Shown: piece by piece, positions 19,293 to 27,981 of the stretch
Position numbering within the stretch: position 1 is the stretch's first letter
How the letters are laid out: every line of letters begins with the position of its first letter
DNA from: a virus
Lineage: Duplodnaviria; Caudoviricetes
Length of the DNA: 35,099 bases
Reading direction: 5' to 3' (one strand)
Virus record (IMG/VR): IMGVR_UViG_3300027213_000005
Coordinates: 1-35,099 of that record
The notes under the pieces: model-generated
The model's database searches: none
Seen by the model: only the letters and a program-made list of their open reading frames with translations
Told to the model about the DNA's origin: nothing
Translations under genes and position numbers: made by a program

Positions 19293-20234
19293 ATAAAATT
19301 CTATTATTATTGATTAATAATTAATTTTCAGCTCAAGGCTCCTGGCCTTTTTTGCTGTGTTTTGCTTGGTTTTTTAAAAGTTGTGCTTATTTTTAAGATA
19401 TTTTCTCCTCAAGGTCTGCTCACAGGGTCAACCTTGGGCTCATTCGATCATCTCCCAAGGTTCTTCTATTGTTCTTCTATAGTACTTATATAAAAAAATA
19501 TTATTATTAAATAATAATAAAAAAATAAAAGAATACAACAGTTGAAAACTATAGTAGCCAAAAATTTTCAAAACCCGATCGCCAGATCCGTTATTATTAA
19601 TTAATAATAGAATTTTGGAGAGATCGGCAGAAATTTTTTCTGCCATGTTATCATAAGTTGTTACCTTGCCTTATTCCTCCATCATCACCAATGCTATTTT
19701 TAAGCCCATACAGCAACTTTAGTTTTTTTTAATCAAAACTACAGTCCCACTCCAAAAATCAAAGCGGGAGATAGTCGTAAACAAGTCCTAGCATTGGTTC
19801 CGATGGCCACTCTATTATTCTAATTGTATTTTGTACATTTAAAGGGGATAACTGGTCAGTTATTGACACTCAAGTCAAAGTTTTCTATGTTTTTCAACAT
19901 GTTACATATTTTGTCTGATATCTTGGGAGTTATCACATGCCCCTCGTTCTCGTCTTACTGTTTGCCGCTCTCGTGTTTTCTATAGTGCCTTTTTTTATGG
20001 CACCCACGTTTTCGATTGTTGTTTTTCTCACTTCATTTTTTTTGAGTGTGGGCTTTGTTCTCTTGATGTGCAAAAAAAACCCAGATGATAAGAACTATTG
20101 AGACCTGCGAGACTTTTAAAAGACTTTTGTGTGGTTTATGGTGTAGTTTTGGGGTGTGTGTTTTATGGTGTGAGTGCTAAGCCAAGGGGTTTAGGTGTAT
20201 TGTAGCTTTGTTATGGGTTCCCTATAAAACCTTT

Positions 20235-20867
20235 TTAGTTATTTATATTTTTATTAGGGAGAGGTTTGAAATTTTTATTCTTAACAAATCTATCAACAGT
20301 TGCTCTGTTCACGCTAAACATTCTACCAATGGCTGAATGACTGACTCGTAATTCTATAAGCTTCTTTATCTGATCCTCTTTATCATCTAGCACACACTTA
20401 CCCGTTGAGCCTTTGGGTCTGCCTAAGCGTTTGCCTCGTTGTTTAATAGCTGCCAAGGCTTCTTTTGTTCTATAGCTTACTAAGTCTCTCTCAATTTCTG
20501 CAAATAAACTAAACAACGTGATTAACATTTTAGATTGCATATCGAGTTGTTCTTTGATTACAATGTTTTCTTTTAATGAGATAAGGTAAATTTTTCCTTT
20601 TATAAAGCTATTTATTAATTGGATGACCTCTGTTACAGAACGACCTAAGCGACTTAGCTCACTGACTATAATCGTGTCGCCCTTTTCTAATTCTGTGAGC
20701 ACATTTGTCTTACGTTCTTTTAATGATTTACGAGATGATGCGTATACTTCCACGAATTTGTTTATTATCAAATTGTGCTTATGTGCATAATCATAAATCG
20801 CAACTCTCTGATTGTTACAGTCTTGAGCTTCTGTCGAAACCCGAACGTATGCGCAAATGTTACTCAA
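20235..20867 (-). CDS. Small serine recombinase (resolvase/invertase family)
   Basis: YVRVST catalytic Ser, ELSRLGRS, AEIERDL..RT.E.L, LGRPKG, C-terminal HTH; TTG at 20867 follows GGAGG. Confidence 0.93.
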   Translation of the reverse strand: MSNICAYVRVSTEAQDCNNQRVAIYDYAHKHNLIINKFVEVYASSRKSLKERKTNVLTELEKGDTIIVSELSRLGRSVTEVIQLINSFIKGKIYLISLKENIVIKEQLDMQSKMLITLFSLFAEIERDLVSYRTKEALAAIKQRGKRLGRPKGSTGKCVLDDKEDQIKKLIELRVSHSAIGRMFSVNRATVDRFVKNKNFKPLPNKNINN

Positions 20868-21136
20868 AAAACCCTCCAATTTTTGAAAATGTACAAAGCC
20901 AATTTATTTGTTACACTACTCTATACAAAATAACAACTATTATTTGTCGCAACAGTTGTGTAGCCTATACGTTCGTTTAAAAGTCGCAGTTGACCGGCTG
21001 GCCAAACTCTAAATGTATAAAAAACACTTAATATCAATATATTAAAGCTGATGGATTAATTGTCTATCGTACATTTAAACAAAAAGATGAGAAAACTACT
21101 AGAGCTTAACTATATGATTCTATTTAGTATTTTTTT

Positions 21137-21157
21137 AAAAGATGAAAAAAAGATGAC
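21137..21157 (+). repeat. Direct repeat copy 2 AAAAGATGAAAAAAAGATGAC
   Basis: One mismatch to 18368-18388. Confidence 0.75.
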
Positions 21158-21494
21158 CTCAAACAACACAAAAATTGATCCAGATCAATTCATCACTCCA
21201 AAACCCTTTATAAACAAAGAAAACTTTTCTAAACTCTCTCAAAACCATTCATACACCTGAAAAACTTTTTCAAATTACACCAAAACCCTCTTAAAACAAG
21301 CAAAACTTGTTTAAACCCAACCAAAGCACAACAACCCCAACAACAACCGGACAACCGTCAGCATCTAACCTCATCTATCGTCAGCCAATGTAGTAACTAC
21401 CCGCCAAAACTTTTTTCGGCAACTTTGGTATGCAGAACTGCACTAGTACATAGATAGAATAGACAAAGCTCAATAAATGTAATAAGTACACTAA

Positions 21495-22313
21495 ATGGAA
21501 TTAAACAAAGTTTACTGTGCTGACAATTTACAAGTAATGCAATCAATGACAGATGCAAGCATTGATTTGATTTATATAGACCCACCTTTTAATACTAATA
21601 GAATTCAAAAAACCGCAACAGCGCAATTTTCAGACTCTTTTGGTGGTCTTGAAGAATACTTGAATTTCATGCGGCCACGGTTGCAACAGATGCATAGACT
21701 ATTAAAAGCAACCGGTAGTCTGTTTGTGCATGTTGACTATCGAGTTGTGCATTACTTAAAAATTGAGCTTGATAAAATCTTTGGCAGTCCTAAAAACTTT
21801 ATCAATGAAATAATTTGGTATTATGTAATTGCTGGCAATAGAAGCGCAAAACGATTTAAAAAAAGGCATGACACAATTTTATGGTATGCAAAAGATATCA
21901 ATAAATATTACTTTTCTGATGCTGAAATTCGATTGCCTTACACATCTTATAAAAACAATTATGTTGGAACAATGGGTCGTGATATAAATGGTCGTGAATA
22001 CTTTGAAAAATTAGGGTCGGGTAAAAAAAAGAAATATAGATATTATCTCGATCAAGGAAAAATGGCAGAAGACGTCTGGTTAGATATTAAGTCGCTTAGT
22101 TCTTCTGCTAAAGAGCGCGTGAATTATCCTAATCAAAAGCCTCAAAAATTACTTGAACGTATTATTAAAGCAGCAAGCAAACCTGATGATATAGTAGCAG
22201 ATTTTTTCTGTGGGTCAGGCACGACTTGCAAAGCTGCGAAATCATTAAATAGAAAATTTTTGGGAGTTGATAGCAACCCGCAAGCCATTGACGCATTTCA
22301 AAAATTTTGCTAA
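21495..22313 (+). CDS. Orphan N6-adenine/N4-cytosine DNA methyltransferase, beta class
   Basis: IYIDPPF (motif IV) before YPNQKP and DFFCGSGTT (motif I); no adjacent endonuclease seen. Confidence 0.93.
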   Translation: MELNKVYCADNLQVMQSMTDASIDLIYIDPPFNTNRIQKTATAQFSDSFGGLEEYLNFMRPRLQQMHRLLKATGSLFVHVDYRVVHYLKIELDKIFGSPKNFINEIIWYYVIAGNRSAKRFKKRHDTILWYAKDINKYYFSDAEIRLPYTSYKNNYVGTMGRDINGREYFEKLGSGKKKKYRYYLDQGKMAEDVWLDIKSLSSSAKERVNYPNQKPQKLLERIIKAASKPDDIVADFFCGSGTTCKAAKSLNRKFLGVDSNPQAIDAFQKFC

Positions 22314-22345
22314 GTTGTTGATCTACTATAAAAAAAGTTCTGTTT

Positions 22346-22375
22346 CCGCCGGTTTCCTGTTCCCCGGCGGTTTTT
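22346..22375 (+). terminator. Rho-independent terminator
   Basis: CCGCCGG / CCGGCGG stem, 11-nt loop, TTTTT, just after the MTase. Confidence 0.75.
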
Positions 22376-22411
22376 ATATATATATACTGCACAAATTTAA
22401 AGCATATTCTC

Positions 22412-22440
22412 TTGACTTAACTATTAAGCTATAGTATACT
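22412..22440 (+). promoter_or_regulatory. Sigma70-type promoter
   Basis: TTGACT-17 bp-TATACT followed by AGGAG RBS and ATG at 22476. Confidence 0.8.
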
Positions 22441-22475
22441 AAAGATTGGTCGATAATAAAAACAGGAGATTTAAA

Positions 22476-22823
22476 ATGACTAAATTAGAACGTATTAAAA
22501 TTGTAAAGATTGAACCAGCGGCTGATGAAATCTTCAGTTATCAAAAAGATGAGTTTAATCGTGTTTCTTTACATATAGAATGTACTTACTTGGCAAAAAG
22601 CAATTGTTATTTAGTTGATGTTTTTAACAGATTAACAGATTGGGAATTGAGAGAGCGCAATGAGAATTATGACAGATTGTTAATTATATATCAAAAGTCA
22701 CTTTATGAAGTGCCGCGTAGTGCAGAAGTTATCAAATCAAAACGAGAGCTTTCAAAATTTAAAGTCGAAATTGAAGATGATGAAATTCAAGACCTCCTTA
22801 GATATTATAAAATTATAAAATGA
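22476..22823 (+). CDS. Hypothetical protein (probable early gene)
   Basis: Promoter and AGGAG RBS support ATG 22476 rather than 22446. Confidence 0.7.
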   Translation: MTKLERIKIVKIEPAADEIFSYQKDEFNRVSLHIECTYLAKSNCYLVDVFNRLTDWELRERNENYDRLLIIYQKSLYEVPRSAEVIKSKRELSKFKVEIEDDEIQDLLRYYKIIK

Positions 22824-22908
22824 GAGATTTAAAAATGACTACTTCTAACTAACAAAAAAGGCTGAAAACGTTAATAACATGATCCTTAATAATTAAAAAA
22901 GGCCAAAA

Positions 22909-23574
22909 ATGACGATAAAGACAAATGACGCTCATGCGACGCCAGCATTTTCAATGATTGCAGCTTCTTTAATTGCTGATTTTAATATGCAATACTTTAA
23001 TGTTGAAACGAAAACAGAGGTTGCTAAAATCTTCCACAATTTAAAAGAGCATAGTTTTTTTGCTATCGATTGTTTTGAACATTCACATTTAGAACGAATT
23101 GAAAATCAACCGACAAATTATCAGCTTGTCGGTTCTTTTTTTGCTCATGCAAACCCAAGCTTTAAAAATGAAAATGTGGACGCCGAGTTTTTGATGATGC
23201 TAGCTTCTGAAACTTCGACAATGCTAAAAAAATATATCAAAAAATTTAATGTTGACTTGAATTTAACGACCTATCTTGAAAAAGAAAATCTAGGATATTA
23301 CCAAGCTGATTTGCAAGCAATCCTACAATTATTTAAAGAAGAAATTGATAATATTGAAACGAGAGTTTTTAAGCATTTTAACTATCTTCTCTCTAAAAAA
23401 GATTTACAAAATGATATAAAAACATTTATTGTATTCAAAGAACTCGACAATCACATTACAAATTTTAATCTCAAATTTTTCTGCTTTAGAATGCGGTCTA
23501 TGCTTTCTAATGATTCTGCTATTAAAGTTGAATTTGCAAATGCAATCCAAAATTACATTATAGGGAAATTATGA
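22909..23574 (+). CDS. Hypothetical protein
   Basis: 221-aa ORF, ATGA overlap with next gene. Confidence 0.7.
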   Translation: MTIKTNDAHATPAFSMIAASLIADFNMQYFNVETKTEVAKIFHNLKEHSFFAIDCFEHSHLERIENQPTNYQLVGSFFAHANPSFKNENVDAEFLMMLASETSTMLKKYIKKFNVDLNLTTYLEKENLGYYQADLQAILQLFKEEIDNIETRVFKHFNYLLSKKDLQNDIKTFIVFKELDNHITNFNLKFFCFRMRSMLSNDSAIKVEFANAIQNYIIGKL

Positions 23575-23849
23575 GCAAAAATAAAGGCAGACCCCCAGCA
23601 CGCTGGGTTGACCAATTGGCTGACGGGGAATATACAGTTCAAAATTTGATTGAAATCACCGGCAAATCAGCTCTTGCTATTCGCTGGATTATGCGTAAAT
23701 ACGCAAAAAGCGCACGATATGTAGCAAACAACAAAGTGAAAGGTATTATTGTTTATTATTTATGGAATAGAGAGCATTACATCGATAAGCTAAAGAGTGC
23801 CGCGCAAGCTCGTAAGCTGCTAATCGACGCAACCCGCGGCACAGAATAA
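23571..23849 (+). CDS. Small basic putative DNA-binding protein
   Basis: KGRPP motif and HTH-like TVQNLIEITGKSALAIRWIM. Confidence 0.45.
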   Translation: MSKNKGRPPARWVDQLADGEYTVQNLIEITGKSALAIRWIMRKYAKSARYVANNKVKGIIVYYLWNREHYIDKLKSAAQARKLLIDATRGTE

Positions 23850-23866
23850 AATTAGCACAAATAATT

Positions 23867-24508
23867 TTACGCATCAAATTTTAAACTTTCTAAAAAAAGT
23901 TCAGCATCATAAATTTCTTTAATATAAATCAATTGTTCTTCTTGACACTTTTTATAATAAGAGCACCACGTCAAATCAATATCAATCGGAAAGTGGCCGA
24001 GAGTTTCAAACCACTCTTTACTTGCTTTTGTTTTGTTAGCGTTTTTTCTAACAGTATCTGGACAGCTTAACGCTGTGAGTGCTTCGTTTCTGTGAATCTG
24101 CCACTGCACTGCACAGATAAAATGCAGAAAAAAATCATAATGTTTTTTTATGTAGTCTTTAGAAATTTTGACAGCCAAATTTTCTTCAATAAATTGAAAC
24201 GTCAAATCAATGATTCTAGAGCGACAGGCGAGGATATTATTATAATCAATATCAATCGCCCACAATGTGTCTAACGTTTCTGTGATGGCTTCAAAAACGC
24301 CTAAATTTTTTAATGCTTCAAGCCTACGTTTGTATATTGCAACAACAAAGTTACCTGTCCCGCACGTTGGCTCAAACAGACACACTTCCAAATCAGCCCA
24401 AACTTTTGGATTATTTTGACTTATCAAATCAAGCATCTCTTCAACGACATGCTCTGGAGTAAAGACTTCGCCGAATTCTTTTATTCGCTCTTTACTTTTA
24501 CTTAGCAT
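23867..24508 (-). CDS. SAM-binding N6-adenine methyltransferase-like protein lacking motif IV
   Basis: GEVFTP, FEPTCGTGNF, AIDID present; no N/D/S-PP-Y/F. Confidence 0.75.
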   Translation of the reverse strand: MLSKSKERIKEFGEVFTPEHVVEEMLDLISQNNPKVWADLEVCLFEPTCGTGNFVVAIYKRRLEALKNLGVFEAITETLDTLWAIDIDYNNILACRSRIIDLTFQFIEENLAVKISKDYIKKHYDFFLHFICAVQWQIHRNEALTALSCPDTVRKNANKTKASKEWFETLGHFPIDIDLTWCSYYKKCQEEQLIYIKEIYDAELFLESLKFDA

Positions 24509-24833
24509 TGAATAACTCTTGTTGTTTTTCTTTGTTATTTAAAATAACTTTCCGTACTCTGATATTGATTAAAAATTCTTCTGAATCTTTATGCACTAAG
24601 TTTACGTGTGCGTGCGCAATATCTTTGACGACTTTCACGAGCCCCGATTTATTATAAACCTTACCAAAAACGCCAAGGTCATAATAAAATTTACCGCGTT
24701 TTAAAGAAATATTTTTATGTTCTGGGTATCTTTTTGGGATATTTTCCAATTCTTTTTTAGCACTCGCATAGTCATCAAACACTTCTAAAACATAAATAAC
24801 TCGACTTTTTGTGCCAACGTAACAGTATATCAT
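24498..24833 (-). CDS. Hypothetical protein
   Basis: 111 aa, AGGAG RBS, overlaps start of MTase-like gene. Confidence 0.65.
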   Translation of the reverse strand: MIYCYVGTKSRVIYVLEVFDDYASAKKELENIPKRYPEHKNISLKRGKFYYDLGVFGKVYNKSGLVKVVKDIAHAHVNLVHKDSEEFLINIRVRKVILNNKEKQQELFNAK

Positions 24834-25052
24834 AACACTCCTAAAAATTTGATTCAGAAAAAAAATTAAGCTAAACTTAATAAGAGATAGCTGCCTGCCA
24901 AAATTAAATCATCAAAATCCTACCTTATTATTTGACTTAACTTAATATGCCCACCAAAAAATTTACGGCTATCTTATCTCAATCAGCGCCTTGACAAAAA
25001 TGCGTAAGTCAATTACTTAACAATCATCCTTCCTTGTTCAATATCTCTCTAG

Positions 25053-25092
25053 ACTCACAGAATTTCATCGCTCTGTGAGTTTTGTTATTTTA
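25053..25092 (+). terminator. Terminator-like hairpin directly upstream of the 25104 RBS
   Basis: ACTCACAGA / TCTGTGAGT 9-bp stem, 10-nt loop, then TTTGTTATTTT. Confidence 0.55.
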
Positions 25093-25103
25093 TTGGAGGT
25101 ATA

Positions 25104-25409
25104 ATGCGAACTTTTCTTTACGTTAAAGAAACACAAGAAATAATTAGCAAGCATTGTTCCATTAAAGCGGCACAACGTCAACAGTCAATTATGCCAATTG
25201 ATGGCAATAAATATGAAATTATACCTATATCAGAACTTCCGGTTTCTGTTGTTTATGTTCTTGCATATTCAATTGACCCCATGGAAAAAGAAGATATTTT
25301 CGCTGTGTTTTATCACTATCAAGAAGCACACGCAGCAACGACAAAAAACGTAAAAGACCCACGATATTTTTTACTGACACCAAGAATTTATTTTAAAACG
25401 ATTTACTGA
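25104..25409 (+). CDS. Hypothetical protein
   Basis: GGAGGT RBS; first gene of the run leading to terminase. Confidence 0.7.
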   Translation: MRTFLYVKETQEIISKHCSIKAAQRQQSIMPIDGNKYEIIPISELPVSVVYVLAYSIDPMEKEDIFAVFYHYQEAHAATTKNVKDPRYFLLTPRIYFKTIY

Positions 25410-25419
25410 TGGAGTTTAA

Positions 25420-25923
25420 ATGCTAGAAAATTCTGAATTACCCCTACTTGTCAAAATATTTAAAGAGAAATTTAACACTGAAGTAGCAAAAACTATTTTA
25501 AATTATTATATGAGCATTGCGTTAATTCCACAGGATGAAGTCATATTAAAAGCAAAAAATGAAAAAGATAAAGAGTTTTTAGAAATTACTATTGTAGAAG
25601 ACTCTGATTTTAAAAAGTACTTTAAAAGTTCAAAACATATCCTGATGGTTGTTGAATCAATACAAAATTTAATTAGTACAGTGAATATATCAGATTTTAA
25701 TTTAAAAAAAGAGAGTGACAAAGCACCTGAAGAATTTATACAAATAAAACTAATTTTATTGATTAGTTTATTATTAAAAGAATTACACGGTCACACAGAT
25801 AATCAAGAATTAAAAGATGTTATGCAATTAATTACAAATGCACTACTCGTTTCAACAGATGACTTTCTAAAACAGAATTATGACACAAAGTATCAAAACT
25901 GGGAGACAAATGACAAAATATAG
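25420..25923 (+). CDS. Hypothetical protein
   Basis: 167 aa, GGAG RBS. Confidence 0.7.
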   Translation: MLENSELPLLVKIFKEKFNTEVAKTILNYYMSIALIPQDEVILKAKNEKDKEFLEITIVEDSDFKKYFKSSKHILMVVESIQNLISTVNISDFNLKKESDKAPEEFIQIKLILLISLLLKELHGHTDNQELKDVMQLITNALLVSTDDFLKQNYDTKYQNWETNDKI

Positions 25924-26368
25924 TTTTCAAATAATTTACAAACCAATTGTTGAAATGTACGTAAAACTTCAAGAAGATTTACTTGAATATGGGCAATATG
26001 CCAACACGCTAAAAAAATTAGAATCAGAAAGTGAGGAGGATTACGTCAAAAGGATGGAACAATTCGTAACTAAAATCCGAAATTCTGATGAGAAAGCTAT
26101 GAGAGATATATCCAAACTGCTTGCCATTAACGAAACAAAAGAGCCAAGACGAGTTGCAAAATGTACAGAATTTTATAAAACATCTGAACATATGGCCATT
26201 ATTTTAAAACGACTTCATGAACTCAAAGACTCAAAGTATTCAAACACTGAAATTGAGAAATTACTAGAAACAGTGATTTTCTTTTTCTTTAGTTATACAC
26301 TACGAGTCTGTGATAACATTTATGCAACCCACACAGTAAAGAATGAGAACTATGAAAAACCCAACTGA
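25910..26368 (+). CDS. Hypothetical helical protein
   Basis: GGAG RBS favours ATG 25910. Confidence 0.65.
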   Translation: MTKYSFQIIYKPIVEMYVKLQEDLLEYGQYANTLKKLESESEEDYVKRMEQFVTKIRNSDEKAMRDISKLLAINETKEPRRVAKCTEFYKTSEHMAIILKRLHELKDSKYSNTEIEKLLETVIFFFFSYTLRVCDNIYATHTVKNENYEKPN

Positions 26369-26615
26369 CGAGAAAAAAACAAAGTATTTTGAGTTGAAAA
26401 AAACTTTAAAAATTACGAATAAGATTGTACGATTATTTCACGAAATCGGAGATTTGAGACCTGGACTTATCAATGAGCACGAAGCATACATTAACGCAGT
26501 CGGCGCAACTGTTTATTTCTTAGAAAATACTGTCAAAGAATATGCAGAACTTGCGCTAGAAATTCACCAAGCGAAAGAATGCGAAGCAAGCATAACATCT
26601 TTAAAACTACAATAA
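26343..26615 (+). CDS. Hypothetical protein
   Basis: 90-aa ORF in tightly packed run. Confidence 0.6.
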   Translation: MRTMKNPTDEKKTKYFELKKTLKITNKIVRLFHEIGDLRPGLINEHEAYINAVGATVYFLENTVKEYAELALEIHQAKECEASITSLKLQ

Positions 26616-26884
26616 ATGGTTACAAAAAGCTGGTCACAGATGACTACAAACACGAAAAAAACTACCTCAAATCTCTCACTGAATCAGAAAAACAATGGCT
26701 TGAAACTTTTATTTCAGGCTATTATTTTAGAAATACGCAAAGTTTTTTAAAGTTAAATTTCACAGTGAGTCAACGCCGCGCAAGCTATAATCGACACCGC
26801 GCTATTTTAAATGATATCTATTCTAAATGTGTTCCCTTACAATTTAATGATAATCATGAGGTTGATAATGATGATAATAATTGA
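26579..26884 (+). CDS. Hypothetical phage protein
   Basis: 101-aa ORF in tightly packed run. Confidence 0.6.
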   Translation: MRSKHNIFKTTINGYKKLVTDDYKHEKNYLKSLTESEKQWLETFISGYYFRNTQSFLKLNFTVSQRRASYNRHRAILNDIYSKCVPLQFNDNHEVDNDDNN

Positions 26885-27137
26885 AGCATTTTGTCTTGGA
26901 ATTCTCCTTGGAACTGCACCCATTGTCTATTATTTAATCAGAAAAAAAATTGAGGGTGTTACAATAAAGTTTGACAAAGCTCACTTGGATATGAAAGACG
27001 CAACAGAAAAACTCAAACAATTGCATGAAAACGCACTGACAAATTATGAGTCACAATCTAAAAAAATTGAAAAACTCCAAACTGAAATGAACATTATTAA
27101 AACAACCACAACCTTAAAACGGTCAGGAAGTGTATGA
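26868..27137 (+). CDS. Membrane-anchored coiled-coil protein
   Basis: GAGGT RBS; N-terminal hydrophobic helix, RKK, then heptad-like helix. Confidence 0.6.
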   Translation: MMIIIEAFCLGILLGTAPIVYYLIRKKIEGVTIKFDKAHLDMKDATEKLKQLHENALTNYESQSKKIEKLQTEMNIIKTTTTLKRSGSV

Positions 27138-27733
27138 AAATTTCAATCTCAAATACGTTTGATATTTCAACCGTGGCAAACACAAAATCTTACCAAGAGT
27201 TGCAAAGTTATTTTGATTATGCAAACAGATTCACTTATGAAACTGTACAAGCTCTGACAAAAAAACTGACACTCAATGATAATTTTAGTTACTCAACATT
27301 GAATTTAACAGTGAGTCATGGTGAGCCAATAGTTCTTAAAATTTCGAGTTATTCTCATATTCTTATCAATTCGATTATTCCAATTTTGACGTATGATATC
27401 TCGCAAAACTCACTGTCTCAATATGTTTTGACAATCTTTTTCAAACAAAATCAAAATATTTTTGCAAATAGTGCTGTGTGGGTAGCAGGGACAATTGTCA
27501 AATACTCTGTGCAAAATATCCAAAATTATAGCATTGGGGATGTGGTCACATTTTCAGGATTCCGCAATCAACCCAACAATGGAACTTATTTAATTGTAGG
27601 AATTGATTTAGACACAGCATCAGTATTTGTCCAAAATTATAACCGTACAAGTGCGACTGGAGATGAACTACTCTCAACATATTCTGGTAGTCCACTTGTC
27701 AAAAATTATGTGACCATTGGAGTTATCAATTGA
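27134..27733 (+). CDS. Putative virion protein sharing a domain with the 997-aa tail protein
   Basis: SAVW..GT.V.Y ... NNG...I ... RTS.TGD aligns with 8884-9075. Confidence 0.6.
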   Translation: MKISISNTFDISTVANTKSYQELQSYFDYANRFTYETVQALTKKLTLNDNFSYSTLNLTVSHGEPIVLKISSYSHILINSIIPILTYDISQNSLSQYVLTIFFKQNQNIFANSAVWVAGTIVKYSVQNIQNYSIGDVVTFSGFRNQPNNGTYLIVGIDLDTASVFVQNYNRTSATGDELLSTYSGSPLVKNYVTIGVIN

Positions 27734-27981
27734 ACAATCGAGAAAAAATCCGCGCAATTATTGACCAACAAATACAAAAACTTTATGAAATTTCTGAAAC
27801 TTCAAGCAAGCCATTATTTGATAAAGAAATTGACTCACTAGCCAAACTCGCGAAACTTGTTGAAGCAGAATCATTACTTGATAGCTTAAAAGACAAAACA
27901 AAATTTGATGATTTATCGGAAGAAGAGTTACTACTTCTTTATAATTTTAGAAAGAATCAACCTAATGGACAGAGTGATTGA
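27730..27981 (+). CDS. Putative terminase small subunit
   Basis: 83-aa helical protein overlapping large subunit start; positional inference only. Confidence 0.45.
   Translation: MNNREKIRAIIDQQIQKLYEISETSSKPLFDKEIDSLAKLAKLVEAESLLDSLKDKTKFDDLSEEELLLLYNFRKNQPNGQSD

Noticed and set aside
19440-19646. 68-aa minus-strand ORF
   Set aside because: Translates low-complexity AT-rich palindromic DNA; no recognisable motif
20235-20867. Serine integrase
   Set aside because: About 210 aa with terminal HTH; lacks recombinase and zinc-ribbon domains of large serine integrases
20843-20975. 9-bp inverted match ATACGTTCG between resolvase 5' coding region and its upstream region as a res site
   Set aside because: Too short, and one copy is constrained by the YVR codons; res subsites could not be defined by eye
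21060-21260. 66-aa plus-strand ORF
   Set aside because: TTG start, overlaps repeat motifs and skewed tract, no recognisable features
21495-24508. Restriction-modification system
   Set aside because: No recognisable endonuclease beside either MTase-like gene; orphan MTases are common in phages
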